Assembly (NCBI GenBank): GCA_038523235.1
Contig: JBCBJQ010000014.1
Coordinates: forward strand, 1 to 64,000
Origin: Cyanobacteria bacterium J06626_4
GTDB taxonomy: Bacteria; Cyanobacteriota; Cyanobacteriia; Phormidesmidales; Phormidesmidaceae
Reading direction: 5' to 3'
Length of the DNA stretch: 64,000 nucleotides
Position numbers and translations under genes: made by a program. Below the pieces are notes generated by a model. It made no database searches, had not been told where the DNA came from, and saw only the letters and a program-made list of their open reading frames with translations. Below are positions 1-10,219 of this stretch, piece after piece (position 1 is the stretch's first letter; each line of letters begins with the position of its first letter).

Positions 1-58
1 CCAACAAGCTAACTAACAAAATCTTTATCCTGATAAAGCTCAATGGAGGAAATAACAT
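1..58 (-). CDS. Possible 5' end of an AT-rich gene running off the window edge (MLFPPLSFIRIKILLVSLL...)
   Basis: ATG at 58 with an open frame to the edge; basic then hydrophobic, signal-peptide-like; 44 bp downstream of the CHASE2 kinase on the same strand. Confidence 0.35.
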   Translation of the reverse strand, partial: MLFPPLSFIRIKILLVSLL

Positions 59-102
59 GGTTATTTACAACTTAGATAATGATTCAATAAAGTATGCACC
101 TA

Positions 103-2094
103 TTATTGACTAGAAGGCCACGAAAGCTCACAAACTGTGCCGTTGCCGTCTCTTTTTGAAAAGCGAGAAAACTTGCCGCTTAGCATTAATTCTAATCGAT
201 AGGAAGATTGGGTCCCATCCCCGATATGTGTAGATTGGATGCCCGGACCGTTGTCTTCTATCTTTAAACTGTAAAAATCGTTGATATTTTTGCCTAAGAC
301 CTGAATTCGCGTTGTGCCGAGTGCGTGCTTGCCGATATTTTGTAGAGATTCTTCGAGGAACCAGCACAACTGTCTTTTGACATCTAAGTTGAGTTGTTTA
401 CAGTTAAAGGGCTCAATTGAAACTGCCCGCACCTTAATCGTTTCAAATCCCGGTAGTTTGCGCTTCACAGCCAAGCTATAGACCTCGTAGAGCACTTCAT
501 GCATGGGATGAGTCAGGTCTAATTTAATATCTCCTTGAGAGTAGAAAAAATATACGTCGCCGATCGCTTCTTGCCGCAACCGCTCACCCACCCCCCTGAT
601 CTCTTGATTCAGGGCTCTGAGTTCTTCCAACACAAAAGACTGCTCAGTGTTGCCGTCTTTGGCACTCCGCAAAAGACTCGACAGCCGCTGTAATGGCCCT
701 GCATGAATGGCACTAAAGGCGCGCTCAATTGCTTTGCGTCGTTCGGCCTCGAGCACTTGCACTTCGACCAAGGCGGCCTCTTGGTTGCGTAGCGCGCTGC
801 GCTGGCTGCGATAGTTAAATCCTAAATAGGTGATCCCCGCTAGGGGGAGGCTCATCGCCATCGGGGCCACCGGCAGCCATAGACCAAACCGAGACAGGAT
901 CAGATAGCATGCGCCTACTGCTATCAGCGTCACCACCGCGAGGCTGATCATGCTTCTCAGCGTCGAGCGAAAGGAGATGCTCATGGCAATGCCCATCAAT
1001 CCCGCCGACACAATCAGAATATCTTCACCCCAAAACGAGATGCCCCTAATCAGTGGGCGAGCATCGATGACTGAGCGGATAATTTGGCTGGTGGCATGGG
1101 CTTCTAACTCAGGCCCCGTAATGCCAATGCGAGGTGAAATATCGCGGGTCTCATAGTCCTGCATGAGGTTAGAAGAAGCTGAAACGGGCAAAAATCGTGG
1201 AAAATACGCGTCAATTTCATCAACGATGACAACTTTATCCGTCAAGGCTTCCAGATCTTGAGATCGGTCAACCAATTGTGAGGCTTCTACGACTTCAAAG
1301 GTGGCAGAACCCGATCTGAAATTCAGCAGAGTTTGAAGCTTGCTGATGTCAGCTTCTCGAACATAGCCACCCGAATTTTCTTCCAAAATGGGAATTGGCA
1401 TAAACTCCAGCGATTCAGGCTCTTTGAAAATCGGAATATCAGGATTAGTCGGATGATTTTCGAGGACATAGCCTCGTTGCGTCGTTAAATACGTTTCGGC
1501 AAGTTTGAACGAGAACGAAAACCTAAATGGATTATCAGTTGCATCTTCGTTTTCATCGGGCAAATAAGCGCCCACAAACACCCGCCTGATGCGACCATCG
1601 CGATCAAGGGGCACGTCATTCAAGCCAACCTGAGTTTGCGCTACGCGGTCGGACAGAGGAGCAATGGGTGGGATGGGTCGAGGCGGTAAGACTTTTTCAA
1701 CAGTAATGAGATTTTCGTGGGTTTCAAACAGGTCGAGCAGCTGTTCTCGACCAGGGTCATCACTAAACTCTTCTCGAAAGACGTTCAGACCCACGACTGC
1801 CGGCTCCGCCGACAAAATAATTTCTAACAGCTGAGCGAGTTGTGACTCGGAAAGGTTCTCATCCACCCGCACCGGGTCTTGCTCAATCAGGACGATCACG
1901 ACTTGCTCATCAATGCCTGCCGCCGGGCGGCTCCGCAAAAAAACATCCAATACCGCCAGTTCTAGGGTGGCAAACAGCCCCAGCCAGCGAGCCACGACTA
2001 CGCCCGCAATCATGACGTACCCCACCGGCCAGCGTGAAGATTGCTGCAAGAAGCTTTGAGCGCCTGTGAGAGAGGCTTTTAAGAACGACAGCAT
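103..2094 (-). CDS. CHASE2-domain sensor histidine kinase
   Basis: CHASE2 motifs (VGLNDVPLDRDGRIRR, GPELEAHATSQII), 3 TM helices, H-box IHAGPLQ, N-box EESLQNIGKHA, G1 IEDNGPGI. Confidence 0.85.
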   Translation of the reverse strand: MLSFLKASLTGAQSFLQQSSRWPVGYVMIAGVVVARWLGLFATLELAVLDVFLRSRPAAGIDEQVVIVLIEQDPVRVDENLSESQLAQLLEIILSAEPAVVGLNVFREEFSDDPGREQLLDLFETHENLITVEKVLPPRPIPPIAPLSDRVAQTQVGLNDVPLDRDGRIRRVFVGAYLPDENEDATDNPFRFSFSFKLAETYLTTQRGYVLENHPTNPDIPIFKEPESLEFMPIPILEENSGGYVREADISKLQTLLNFRSGSATFEVVEASQLVDRSQDLEALTDKVVIVDEIDAYFPRFLPVSASSNLMQDYETRDISPRIGITGPELEAHATSQIIRSVIDARPLIRGISFWGEDILIVSAGLMGIAMSISFRSTLRSMISLAVVTLIAVGACYLILSRFGLWLPVAPMAMSLPLAGITYLGFNYRSQRSALRNQEAALVEVQVLEAERRKAIERAFSAIHAGPLQRLSSLLRSAKDGNTEQSFVLEELRALNQEIRGVGERLRQEAIGDVYFFYSQGDIKLDLTHPMHEVLYEVYSLAVKRKLPGFETIKVRAVSIEPFNCKQLNLDVKRQLCWFLEESLQNIGKHALGTTRIQVLGKNINDFYSLKIEDNGPGIQSTHIGDGTQSSYRLELMLSGKFSRFSKRDGNGTVCELSWPSSQ

Positions 2095-2104
2095 AGTGGC
2101 AGAG

Positions 2105-2851
2105 CTATTCGATTAAGCCTTCATCCCGCGCTTTAAGACAGGTGACGATGCGCAGGTTGCGGCCCTCTTCTTTGGCATCTTCGGGGTAGATGCCCAGCAC
2201 GTCGTAAATTTTGCTCCAGTAGTTGCGCACCATGCTTTCGGAGACGTGTAGGTGCTTGGCGATCGCCCGATCTTGATACCCATCTTTGCAGGCCAAATCA
2301 AGGGTTTCGAGCCACTCGGGCTTGAGTTCGAGCCCGGCTTTGAGGCTGCGAATATCACGGGTGTGGGTATAGCCCTGCAAAGCCGCCTTGAAACGCTCAA
2401 AGGCTTTATCAGTGGCGCTATCTTTGCTGGTGACGGTGAAGCCGCCGCGATGGTTATCAATATCAGGAATAATCCTCACCAGGGCGTCGGGGTAAGAGGT
2501 GTGGATAGCAATATTGATTTCGGGATAATCTTTCATCAGACTTTTCAAGAACTGAATACCGAACTCAGTTGCCGCGGGCTCGCCTGGCCCTTCGGGCAGC
2601 TGCAGATCGAGCACCAGCAGATCAGGCCGCAACCGGCGCACCGCTTCCCGAGCAGCCTGCAGCGTAGTCAACGTCTCTAGCGCGATGTTGCTGCCAAATC
2701 GTTCCAGAATGCTGTGAATCCCGGCCAGGGTCGTGGGATGATCTTCGACGACAAAAATTGTTCGCTGCTCACTGCCCGAAGCCACTTTAGAAGTCATCGT
2801 CTTGGGAAAGTAGGGAGTCGCAGAAACTGGGGCAGGGGCGATCGCAGTCAT
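2105..2851 (-). CDS. Response regulator, REC plus LuxR/NarL-type HTH (alternative start 2797)
   Basis: VVEDHP, LVLDLQLP (phospho-Asp), conserved T and K; HTH DRAIAKHLHVSESMVRNYWSKIYDVLG; 10 bp from the kinase. Confidence 0.85.
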   Translation of the reverse strand: MTAIAPAPVSATPYFPKTMTSKVASGSEQRTIFVVEDHPTTLAGIHSILERFGSNIALETLTTLQAAREAVRRLRPDLLVLDLQLPEGPGEPAATEFGIQFLKSLMKDYPEINIAIHTSYPDALVRIIPDIDNHRGGFTVTSKDSATDKAFERFKAALQGYTHTRDIRSLKAGLELKPEWLETLDLACKDGYQDRAIAKHLHVSESMVRNYWSKIYDVLGIYPEDAKEEGRNLRIVTCLKARDEGLIE

Positions 2852-3203
2852 AGTAGATGAGGAGAACGTCAGGGAAGTAACCAGACCGGACAACAAACAC
2901 GAACGGTATCCTCGTAGCTTGACGCAATCCCCCGTTGGCCTCAATAGGGAAAACTACAGCCCTGATAGCAGAAAGATAGACTACTGGATGACCGTCGGCA
3001 ATGCCCTAGATAAAAACCTTCACCCCAAACGGACTAAACCGCTCTACACAATCCGTAATCATGCCGTTGCCGATGCGGCCATCATTCTGGGCGATCGCGC
3101 AGAATGATGATCAATCAAGGGGGCTCCTGACTAGGGTCAGCTTCTCCCGGCTAGAGTACGGACATCTCCTGCTCGTCTATGTCCCGTTTGTGTCTGATTA
3201 GAT

Positions 3204-3677
3204 GTGAGCCTGCAATTTTGTCCGCTCCAGCGTGACCATGCCCTAGCAATTCTCAGCTGGCGTTATCCGCCACCCTATGACGTCTACAACCTTGAGCGGA
3301 AGGATTTGGCCGATCTGCTCAAGCCTCACAATGCTTTTTTTGCCCTCATACAGCCTGACAACACCCTCGCCGGGTTTTGTTCGTTTGGGCCAGACGGACA
3401 GGTGAGTGGCGGCAGCTATGATGCCACCGCCTTAGATATTGGCATGGGCCTGCATCCTAATCTCATCGGTCAGGGACAAGGCCGACACTACGCTACAGCC
3501 GTCGCTCGGTATGGCAGCAGCCAGTTTGGTGCGCAACGCTTGCGCGTTACTATCGCCACGTTCAATCTCAGAGCACAGCGGCTTTGGCAGCGACTGGGAT
3601 TTGAGCCCGTAGAGCAGTTTTGTCGGACTGGCAGCCATCAAACCTTTGTGATTATGGTGGGTGCGATCTCGGGATGA
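3204..3677 (+). CDS. GNAT family N-acetyltransferase
   Basis: Acetyl-CoA motif LIGQGQG and FNLRAQRLWQRLGF. Confidence 0.85.
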   Translation: MSLQFCPLQRDHALAILSWRYPPPYDVYNLERKDLADLLKPHNAFFALIQPDNTLAGFCSFGPDGQVSGGSYDATALDIGMGLHPNLIGQGQGRHYATAVARYGSSQFGAQRLRVTIATFNLRAQRLWQRLGFEPVEQFCRTGSHQTFVIMVGAISG

Positions 3678-3744
3678 GGCGTAGTGAGAGCGTCACCACT
3701 GGCGCATCTGACCAGTTAGCGCGTCCCCTCAGTAATGCCGCGAT

Positions 3745-4239
3745 TTACTCCTGTGCTGGCTGCTCCTCATCTTGTGGAGCAGCCTCATCCTGTGGCGGAG
3801 CGTCGGCCTCAGGAGCAGCCTCGACCGGCGAGCGCGTCGTTTCTTGCAGGTAATATTCGCCTAGGTCGATATCGCTGATCACAATTTCTTGATACTGCAA
3901 AACACCCGTCACCCGCACCGTGTCATTGATAGCCGGAGCCGCGTCCGCACTACGCACCCACACTGTGCCGGTGGCATCGGTGAGCTGATACAGCGTGTCT
4001 TCTAAGAGGGGGGCGGCTTGCGACACAGTGCCTTCGATCTGCAAGGTTTGATTCACGCGATCGCGAGATAGGGTCTCAATCGGTTGGGTCGAACCGATCA
4101 GCTGCGAGACGCGATCAGGGAGATGCACGCCCACCGTCTCACTGGGTATCGAGGTCTCAGTCGGCTGACTACAGCCCAGTAGGAGTACTCCTAAGGACAG
4201 CCCACTCCATTTTTTAAGCTGCCAGATCTGTTGCAACAT
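3745..4239 (-). CDS. Putative lipoprotein with OB-fold-like domain and acidic repetitive tail
   Basis: Lipobox LLGC; OB-type pattern IEGTV...YQLTDATGTVWV...VRVTG; start at ATG 4239 preferred. Confidence 0.6.
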   Translation of the reverse strand: MLQQIWQLKKWSGLSLGVLLLGCSQPTETSIPSETVGVHLPDRVSQLIGSTQPIETLSRDRVNQTLQIEGTVSQAAPLLEDTLYQLTDATGTVWVRSADAAPAINDTVRVTGVLQYQEIVISDIDLGEYYLQETTRSPVEAAPEADAPPQDEAAPQDEEQPAQE

Positions 4240-4406
4240 GCCGAATAATTTAGGATAAGCGGTCTCTAAATCTGAGACACTAGAACTCGTAAAATTAGGC
4301 CGATGTCGATCTAAAGACGGCACCCAACCGGGATGCGGCTGAGGGTGCTGAGTCCCGTTATGAATGACTCAATGCTTTCTGACCAACAGCGTAACTCAGG
4401 ATTTTA

Positions 4407-5300
4407 ATGACGCAAATTCTGGACGGCAAAACTCTGGCAAAAACTATCCAGACGACCCTGGCGGAGAAAATTACCGCTTGGGCTGCGCTCGCCGGTCGGG
4501 CACCCGGACTCGCCGTCGTAATGGTGGGTGATAACCCGGCTAGTGCCGCCTATGTCAGAAACAAAGAGCGAGCTTGTGAGCGCGTCGGCATTGCCTCATT
4601 TGGTCAGCACTTGTCTGCCGATACGACGCAAGCGCATGTGGCCGGACTGCTCGCCGATTTCAATGCGGACGATCGCATCGACGGCATCTTGCTGCAGCTG
4701 CCGGTGCCGGATCACTTAGATGCGGTCGCGCTGCTGAATGCCATTGACCCAGACAAAGATGCCGACGGCTTACATCCCGCCAACCTGGGTCGGCTGCTGC
4801 GGGGTGAATCGGGGTTGCGGAGCTGCACCCCCTTTGGCGTGATGCAGCTGTTACAGGCTCACCAGATTGATCCAGCCGGCAAATCGGCGATTGTTCTGGG
4901 TCGCAGCATTCTAGTCGGCAAACCCATGGCCCTGATGCTGCTAGAAGCCAATGCCACCGTCACCATTGCCCATTCCCGCAGCCAAGATCTGAGGGCGCTG
5001 ACCCAGGCGGCCGATATTGTCGTCAGTGCGATCGGGCGACCGGGCTTGCTCACCACCGACCATATCAAGCCGGGAGCCGTCGTCATTGATGTGGGGATTA
5101 ACCGGATTGAGACGGCACCAGGGCAGTATCGTCTGGTCGGAGATGTAGACTATGAAGCGGTTAGGCTTGTGGCGGCGGCGATTACGCCAGTGCCCGGGGG
5201 AGTAGGTCCCATGACCGTTGCCATGCTTTTGCACAATACGGTGCAGAGCTATTGCCGTCGCGTGCCGAGCTTACCCAGCGACCAGTCTCTTTTGTTTTAG
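4407..5300 (+). CDS. folD: Bifunctional methylenetetrahydrofolate dehydrogenase/cyclohydrolase
   Basis: [41 protein letters not shown]. Confidence 0.97.
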   Translation: MTQILDGKTLAKTIQTTLAEKITAWAALAGRAPGLAVVMVGDNPASAAYVRNKERACERVGIASFGQHLSADTTQAHVAGLLADFNADDRIDGILLQLPVPDHLDAVALLNAIDPDKDADGLHPANLGRLLRGESGLRSCTPFGVMQLLQAHQIDPAGKSAIVLGRSILVGKPMALMLLEANATVTIAHSRSQDLRALTQAADIVVSAIGRPGLLTTDHIKPGAVVIDVGINRIETAPGQYRLVGDVDYEAVRLVAAAITPVPGGVGPMTVAMLLHNTVQSYCRRVPSLPSDQSLLF

Positions 5301-5322
5301 CCGTTGCAGCTTGAGTAGGGTA

Positions 5323-6231
5323 ATGACTTCTTCTACTGACACCACGTTTGACCTCAAGGCCTATTTGCGCGATCGCCAGCAGCAGGTTGAGGTCGCCTTA
5401 GACGCCTCACTGCAGGGACAATACCCCGAGACCATTTATCAAGCGATGCGCTATTCGCTCTTAGCCGGGGGCAAGCGGCTGCGCCCCATTTTGTGTTTAG
5501 CCACCTGTGACCTCATCGGCGGCACTGCAGGGATGGCGATGCCAACGGCCTGCGCGCTTGAGATGATCCACACGATGTCGCTGATTCACGATGACCTGCC
5601 CGCGATGGATAACGACGACTATCGTCGCGGACAGCTCACTAACCACAAAGTCTATGGCGAAGACGTCGCCATTTTGGCGGGCGACGCGCTCTTAACCTAT
5701 GCGTTTGAGTGGGTCGCCACCCAAACCCAAGACGTGCCCGCCGATCGCATTCTGCAGGTAGTGGCGAATCTCGGCAGAGCCGTAGGCGCTGAGGGGCTTG
5801 TGGGTGGCCAGATTGTGGATCTCGCTTCCGAAGGTGCCCCCGACGTCAGTTTAGAAACCCTCAATTACATTCACACCCACAAAACGGGGGCGCTGCTGCA
5901 AGTTTCCGTCACTTCAGGGGCGATTTTGGCAGGCGCTGATGAGAGTCAAGTTGAGACGTTATCGCAGTATGCCGATCGCATTGGTCTGGCCTTTCAAATT
6001 GTGGATGACATCCTTGACATCACCGCTACGTCAGAAGCATTGGGCAAGTCTGCGGGCAAAGATTTAACTGCCCAAAAGGCCACCTACCCGAGCTTGTGGG
6101 GGCTCGAAGCATCGCAACAGCAAGCCCAGCAACTCGTCGAAGCCGCTAAAACGAGCCTGATGGACTGCTTTGGCGTTCCGGCCCAGCCTCTGATCGCCCT
6201 GGCCGATTTCATTGTTAACCGGACCCATTGA
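5323..6231 (+). CDS. crtE: Geranylgeranyl diphosphate synthase
   Basis: [33 protein letters not shown] at 5323 follows the folD stop. Confidence 0.95.
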   Translation: MTSSTDTTFDLKAYLRDRQQQVEVALDASLQGQYPETIYQAMRYSLLAGGKRLRPILCLATCDLIGGTAGMAMPTACALEMIHTMSLIHDDLPAMDNDDYRRGQLTNHKVYGEDVAILAGDALLTYAFEWVATQTQDVPADRILQVVANLGRAVGAEGLVGGQIVDLASEGAPDVSLETLNYIHTHKTGALLQVSVTSGAILAGADESQVETLSQYADRIGLAFQIVDDILDITATSEALGKSAGKDLTAQKATYPSLWGLEASQQQAQQLVEAAKTSLMDCFGVPAQPLIALADFIVNRTH

Positions 6232-6248
6232 GGAGCTCTAAATCAGCT

Positions 6249-6707
6249 ATGCAAGACATCGCGGATATTTTGCAAAACCGGGTGTTAATCGTGGCGTTGG
6301 TCGCCTGCCTGCTTGCTCAGTTTCTCAAGCTGGTGTTTGAGTTAATTATTCATCGCAAAATCAACGTGCGGGTACTGGTCGAAACGGGCGGCATGCCCAG
6401 CTCTCACTCTGCCCTGGTGACGGCTCTAGCCTGCGGCATTGGTCAAACCTGGGGGTGGGCCAGTCCGGGGTTTGCGGTGACGACGGTATTTGCCGGGATT
6501 GTGATGTACGACGCAGCCGGGGTGAGACAGGCGGCTGGCAAACAAGCCAAAATCTTAAATCAGATTATCGACGAGCTATTTCGTGAAAAGCCCGAATTCA
6601 ATGAAGATCGCCTCAAAGAACTCTTGGGCCATACCCCAGTGCAGGTGATCGTGGGGTCAGTGTTGGGGGTATTAGTGTCTTGTCTGGCTGCACCAATGCT
6701 GTTTTAA
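6249..6707 (+). CDS. Divergent PAP2 family protein (DUF212)
   Basis: GGMPSSHSA, VMYDAAGVR, LKELLGHTP; usual neighbour of crtE. Confidence 0.9.
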   Translation: MQDIADILQNRVLIVALVACLLAQFLKLVFELIIHRKINVRVLVETGGMPSSHSALVTALACGIGQTWGWASPGFAVTTVFAGIVMYDAAGVRQAAGKQAKILNQIIDELFREKPEFNEDRLKELLGHTPVQVIVGSVLGVLVSCLAAPMLF

Positions 6708-6731
6708 GGAATCAAGCATCGCCGCTTGACC

Positions 6732-7106
6732 TCAAGGCGTACGTAGCGCTGCGATCGCCAAACAGGCCCAGCCTGCGATCAGGGCCACGCCACCCAACGG
6801 CGTCACCGGCCCAACGGCTTTGATGCCTGCCAGACTGATCAGATAAAGGCTGCCCGAAAACATCACTACGCCAGCGACAAGCAACCAGCCTGCCGCTGTT
6901 AGCCAAGCGGTCGCAACTTTATCTTGGCCCAACAACAGGGCAATCACCAGCAAGGCCAAGGCATGATACATCTGGTAGCGAATACCGGTGCCCAATACCG
7001 CAATCGCCCGTTCGCTCAGCTGACCCTGCAAGGCGTGGCTGGCGAACGCGCCCCCCGCTACCGAGAGGCCGCCTAAAATTGCCGCGATCGCCCCAAAAAT
7101 TTGCAT
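6732..7106 (-). CDS. DUF423 family membrane protein
   Basis: GAFASHAL, RYQMYHALAL, FSGSLY, TPLGG; start ATG 7106. Confidence 0.9.
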   Translation of the reverse strand: MQIFGAIAAILGGLSVAGGAFASHALQGQLSERAIAVLGTGIRYQMYHALALLVIALLLGQDKVATAWLTAAGWLLVAGVVMFSGSLYLISLAGIKAVGPVTPLGGVALIAGWACLAIAALRTP

Positions 7107-7236
7107 AGCTGCCCACTCTAAAATGCTTATGGTTATAGCGTAAGCAAGATGCGGAGTGACGATCAAAGCCTCAGTTTTATCGTCACTCCCTTGAGCAGCT
7201 TGATCGCTCGTGACCATTTGGCAGTCAGGTGAACCA

Positions 7237-7698
7237 GTGACCCCAGAAGCAATTATCTCGATCATCTGCGACAAACTTCCAGACATCGTCCCGAAAGCTA
7301 GTTGGGGGGAAACGTCGCTGTTTTACAACCCCAATAGGGTTTTGCCTCACGGCGTTTATTTTTGCACCCTCAAGCGTCAAGACGGTGACAATGACCAGGC
7401 TTCCGAGCTTGATCGACCCGGCGTCTTTCGGGTAGCGATCGGTCTTGAGCCTAAAACATACATCCGGTTATTTGGCTCCAAGCCAGAGCGCCCCGCTAAG
7501 GGCGGCATCGTGACGGCTGATTACGATTTCACCGCGCTAAATGAGCTGATGCCTCATCCGATCTATGCCTGGATGAGCTGGGCGCAAATACTTTGCCCGA
7601 GTGATAGCCAATTTGAGACCATTTTTCCGCTGATAGAAGAGGCCTATCAGCGAGCAATTAAGAAGTTTGAGAAAAAGACGGCTAACAGAGACGGCTAA
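7237..7698 (+). CDS. DUF6194-like hypothetical protein
   Basis: SWGETSLFYNP, DQASELDRPGVFRV, LMPHPIYAWMSW; GTG 7237 preferred as start. Confidence 0.7.
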   Translation: MTPEAIISIICDKLPDIVPKASWGETSLFYNPNRVLPHGVYFCTLKRQDGDNDQASELDRPGVFRVAIGLEPKTYIRLFGSKPERPAKGGIVTADYDFTALNELMPHPIYAWMSWAQILCPSDSQFETIFPLIEEAYQRAIKKFEKKTANRDG

Positions 7699-7700
7699 AA

Positions 7701-8261
7701 ATGCAGGTATCGGTGTTTATTGCCACGACCCTAGATGGTTTCATCGCTCGCGCCAATGGCGACCTTGATTGGCTGGCCAAAGCCGAGGCCGAGGAGGCGG
7801 CTGAAGACTATGGCTATCAGGCATTTTTTGACGCCATCGACGTGCTCGTGATGGGCCGTCACACCTATGAAACAGTGCGATCGTTCGGCGAGTGGCCCTA
7901 CGGCGATAAACGCGTGATTGTTCTCAGCAGCCGGGCGATCGCCATTCCACCCGCGCTAACTGATCACGTGGCCACTCACACCGCTACACCTAACGAGATT
8001 TATCAACAGCTGAGGGCTGAGGGCTACCAACGGGTGTACATCGATGGCGGCCAGACCATTCAAGGATTTTTGCGCGCTGGTCTTGTGGATGACATTATTG
8101 TGTCTCGCCTGCCGGTGCTGATCGGCAGTGGCATTCCTTTGTTTGGCTCCGTGGCCGCCGATATTCACCTGAAGCATGTCACCACGATCACGTTTGCCAA
8201 CGGCATCGTTCAAACTCACTATGCGGTGGTGAAAGAATCCTCAACCGATGCTGCAGGATGA
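7701..8261 (+). CDS. Dihydrofolate reductase family protein (RibD C-terminal-like)
   Basis: IATTLDGFIA, VMGRHTYE, YIDGG, PVLIGSGIPLF. Confidence 0.9.
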   Translation: MQVSVFIATTLDGFIARANGDLDWLAKAEAEEAAEDYGYQAFFDAIDVLVMGRHTYETVRSFGEWPYGDKRVIVLSSRAIAIPPALTDHVATHTATPNEIYQQLRAEGYQRVYIDGGQTIQGFLRAGLVDDIIVSRLPVLIGSGIPLFGSVAADIHLKHVTTITFANGIVQTHYAVVKESSTDAAG

Positions 8262-8315
8262 ATAACGACTCTGGGAACTAAGTTTTTTGCCGTATTGCCC
8301 CAATAGTAGCTTGAT

Positions 8316-8385
8316 CCCCCGCTGTCGCCGCCCCCTTGAAAAAGGGGCTATTCACATCCAGGATTGGGCTGCCCCCCTTTTTCAA
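8316..8385. repeat. Truncated cyanobacterial CCCCCTT..AAGGGG-type short dispersed repeat
   Basis: gcccccttgaaaaaggggc hairpin, then a second half-site ccccccttttttcaa that breaks off. Confidence 0.5.
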
Positions 8386-8452
8386 CTATCCATTAGGCAG
8401 AAGTCGGCCAAAGCCATGCCAGTAATAGATTCTAGACGACGCTTGCGTGGGT

Positions 8453-8581
8453 AAACCTCACCGCCTGCGGCACCTCTCCTTAGCAAGGAGAGGTTTATCC
8501 AAGGTCTGTTAGTCAAAGATTTTCACAACTGGGACAGGTGCTCCGGTTCCTCTCCTTGAGAAGGAGAGGCTAGGTGAGGTT
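8453..8581. repeat. REP/SDR-like element with paired CCTCTCCTT-n3-AAGGAGAGG hairpins
   Basis: Terminal IR aacctcacc / ggtgaggtt enclosing cctctccttagcaaggagagg and cctctccttgagaaggagagg. Confidence 0.75.
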
Positions 8582-8588
8582 CTATAGC

Positions 8589-10079
8589 GTGTTTTCGTGG
8601 GGAATTATTACTTTTCTCTTAGGCACTTTAGGCGTTGGCGTTTGGGCGTCTAAGCAGATTAAAGGCGACAGCGTTAATTTTTTGGTGGCCGGTCGCGGGC
8701 TGTCCTTGCCGTTAGCGGCGGCCACTTTAATGGCTCAATCCGTTGACTCAAATGCCACCTTAGGCAACACCGATTTGTCTGCAGAATTTGGCTTTTGGGC
8801 AGGGGCGGCTTTACCCATTGGGTTATCGCTGTGCTTGTTTTTGACCGGTACGTTTTTAGCTAAGCCCATGAACCGGATGGGGCTGATCACGATTCCTGAT
8901 TTTTATCGGGTGAAGTATGGGCGCCTGGTGGAGTTGATGGCCGCCTTCATTATGTCCATCAGCTTTTCCTTTTTGCTGGCGGGCAACTTGGTCGCGGGGG
9001 GCTTCATGTTCCAAACGTTTTTGGGCATGAGCTATGTCGGCGGCATTACCTTGCTGGCGGCTCTCGTCTTTGCCTACACCGTCTCGGGCGGCCTCTTTGC
9101 CGTAGCCTATACCGATGCGATTCAGATTTTGATTGCCGTTGTGGGCACGTTTGGCCTGCTTGCTTATGTTGTCACCAACTTCGGCCTAGAGATTGCGCCG
9201 GGCATGGGGCCGCTGGCGCTAGAGCAGCTCACCTCGGTGGGGGCCGGTGCCGCAATTAACTGGGCCAGCTTATTGGCGCTGGGATTTGGCAACATGGTGG
9301 CGATCGACTTTATGGCTCGAATTTTTGCCGCAGAAAGCCCTGAAACTGCCCAAAAAGCCTGTTATACGGCTTCTGCGGGCACCTTGATTATCGGCATTCC
9401 CTTTTCGATTCTGGCCTTATCGGCGGGCGGCATTTTAGAACAGGTGGGTGTGGTGCCGGATGGTCCAGTGCTGTTCGCCCTATTGCAAAATGTGGTGCCG
9501 CCAGTGTTGGGGCTCATGGTGCTGGCGGCGATCTTATCCGCTTCGCTTTCTACCGCCGATGGGGCAATCTTGGGGACTTCTTCCGTGTTGGCCCATAACG
9601 TGTTTGGCATTCGTCATGGGGTGACCCACGGTGGCGCGGGGGGCGATCGCCTGCTGTTGGTGACGCGGTTGATGGCGATCGTCATCACGCTGCTGGGCGT
9701 CTTTTTAGGTTTGCGGGTACCGCAGACGGGGGTGTTGCTACTGCTGGGGTTTGACCTGGGATTTGCGGGGTTGGTGGTGCCGCTGCTGGGCGGCTTGTTT
9801 TGGGTGCAAGCGACTCGGCAAGGAGCTTTGGCCTGCATTATTGCGGGTTCGGTGACTCGCCTGGTGTTCTTTGCGCTAATGCCCACCATGTTTGGCATTG
9901 AGAACACGCTGTTTTATATTCCCAACGATCTCTTCACGCTGGATTTTGATGGGTTCCCAACCTTGATTAGTCCGCTGGTGGGGCTGATGGCCTTTGTGAT
10001 TGGGTCAAAGCTTACCTACAATCCGCTCACCGCTGAACAGGATCGCGCTCAGCTACGCGAGGAGGTGAACGCTCTGTAG
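8589..10079 (+). CDS. Sodium:solute symporter (SSS) family transporter
   Basis: About 13 TM helices, NFLVAGRGL, TIPDFYRVKYG, YTVSGGLFAVAYTDAIQ, SASLSTADG; GTG 8589 preferred because 8574 lies inside the repeat. Confidence 0.9.
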   Translation: MFSWGIITFLLGTLGVGVWASKQIKGDSVNFLVAGRGLSLPLAAATLMAQSVDSNATLGNTDLSAEFGFWAGAALPIGLSLCLFLTGTFLAKPMNRMGLITIPDFYRVKYGRLVELMAAFIMSISFSFLLAGNLVAGGFMFQTFLGMSYVGGITLLAALVFAYTVSGGLFAVAYTDAIQILIAVVGTFGLLAYVVTNFGLEIAPGMGPLALEQLTSVGAGAAINWASLLALGFGNMVAIDFMARIFAAESPETAQKACYTASAGTLIIGIPFSILALSAGGILEQVGVVPDGPVLFALLQNVVPPVLGLMVLAAILSASLSTADGAILGTSSVLAHNVFGIRHGVTHGGAGGDRLLLVTRLMAIVITLLGVFLGLRVPQTGVLLLLGFDLGFAGLVVPLLGGLFWVQATRQGALACIIAGSVTRLVFFALMPTMFGIENTLFYIPNDLFTLDFDGFPTLISPLVGLMAFVIGSKLTYNPLTAEQDRAQLREEVNAL

Positions 10080-10121
10080 GCAAGCGATCGCGAGATTGGT
10101 CACCATCTTGCCTGGTCAATA

Positions 10122-10171
10122 ATACGAACTGCTGCAGAGATCGCCATCATGATCTCTGCAGCAGTTCGTAT
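10122..10171. terminator. Perfect 21-bp inverted repeat between convergent genes
   Basis: atacgaactgctgcagagatc-8nt-gatctctgcagcagttcgtat. Confidence 0.7.
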
Positions 10172-10219
10172 ATGGTCACTTGTTGTGTTCACCGGCGGCA
10201 TCTTCTGGTTCTACGCTCA

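Noticed and set aside
5218..5322. N-terminal extensions in the ORF track (crtE, also 7286, 21729, 28366, 30148, 31400, 43512)
   Set aside because: They overlap neighbouring genes or lack family similarity; downstream starts fit better.
8262..8588. Riboswitch upstream of the SSS transporter
   Set aside because: The hairpins are explained by dispersed repeats; I recognise no aptamer consensus.
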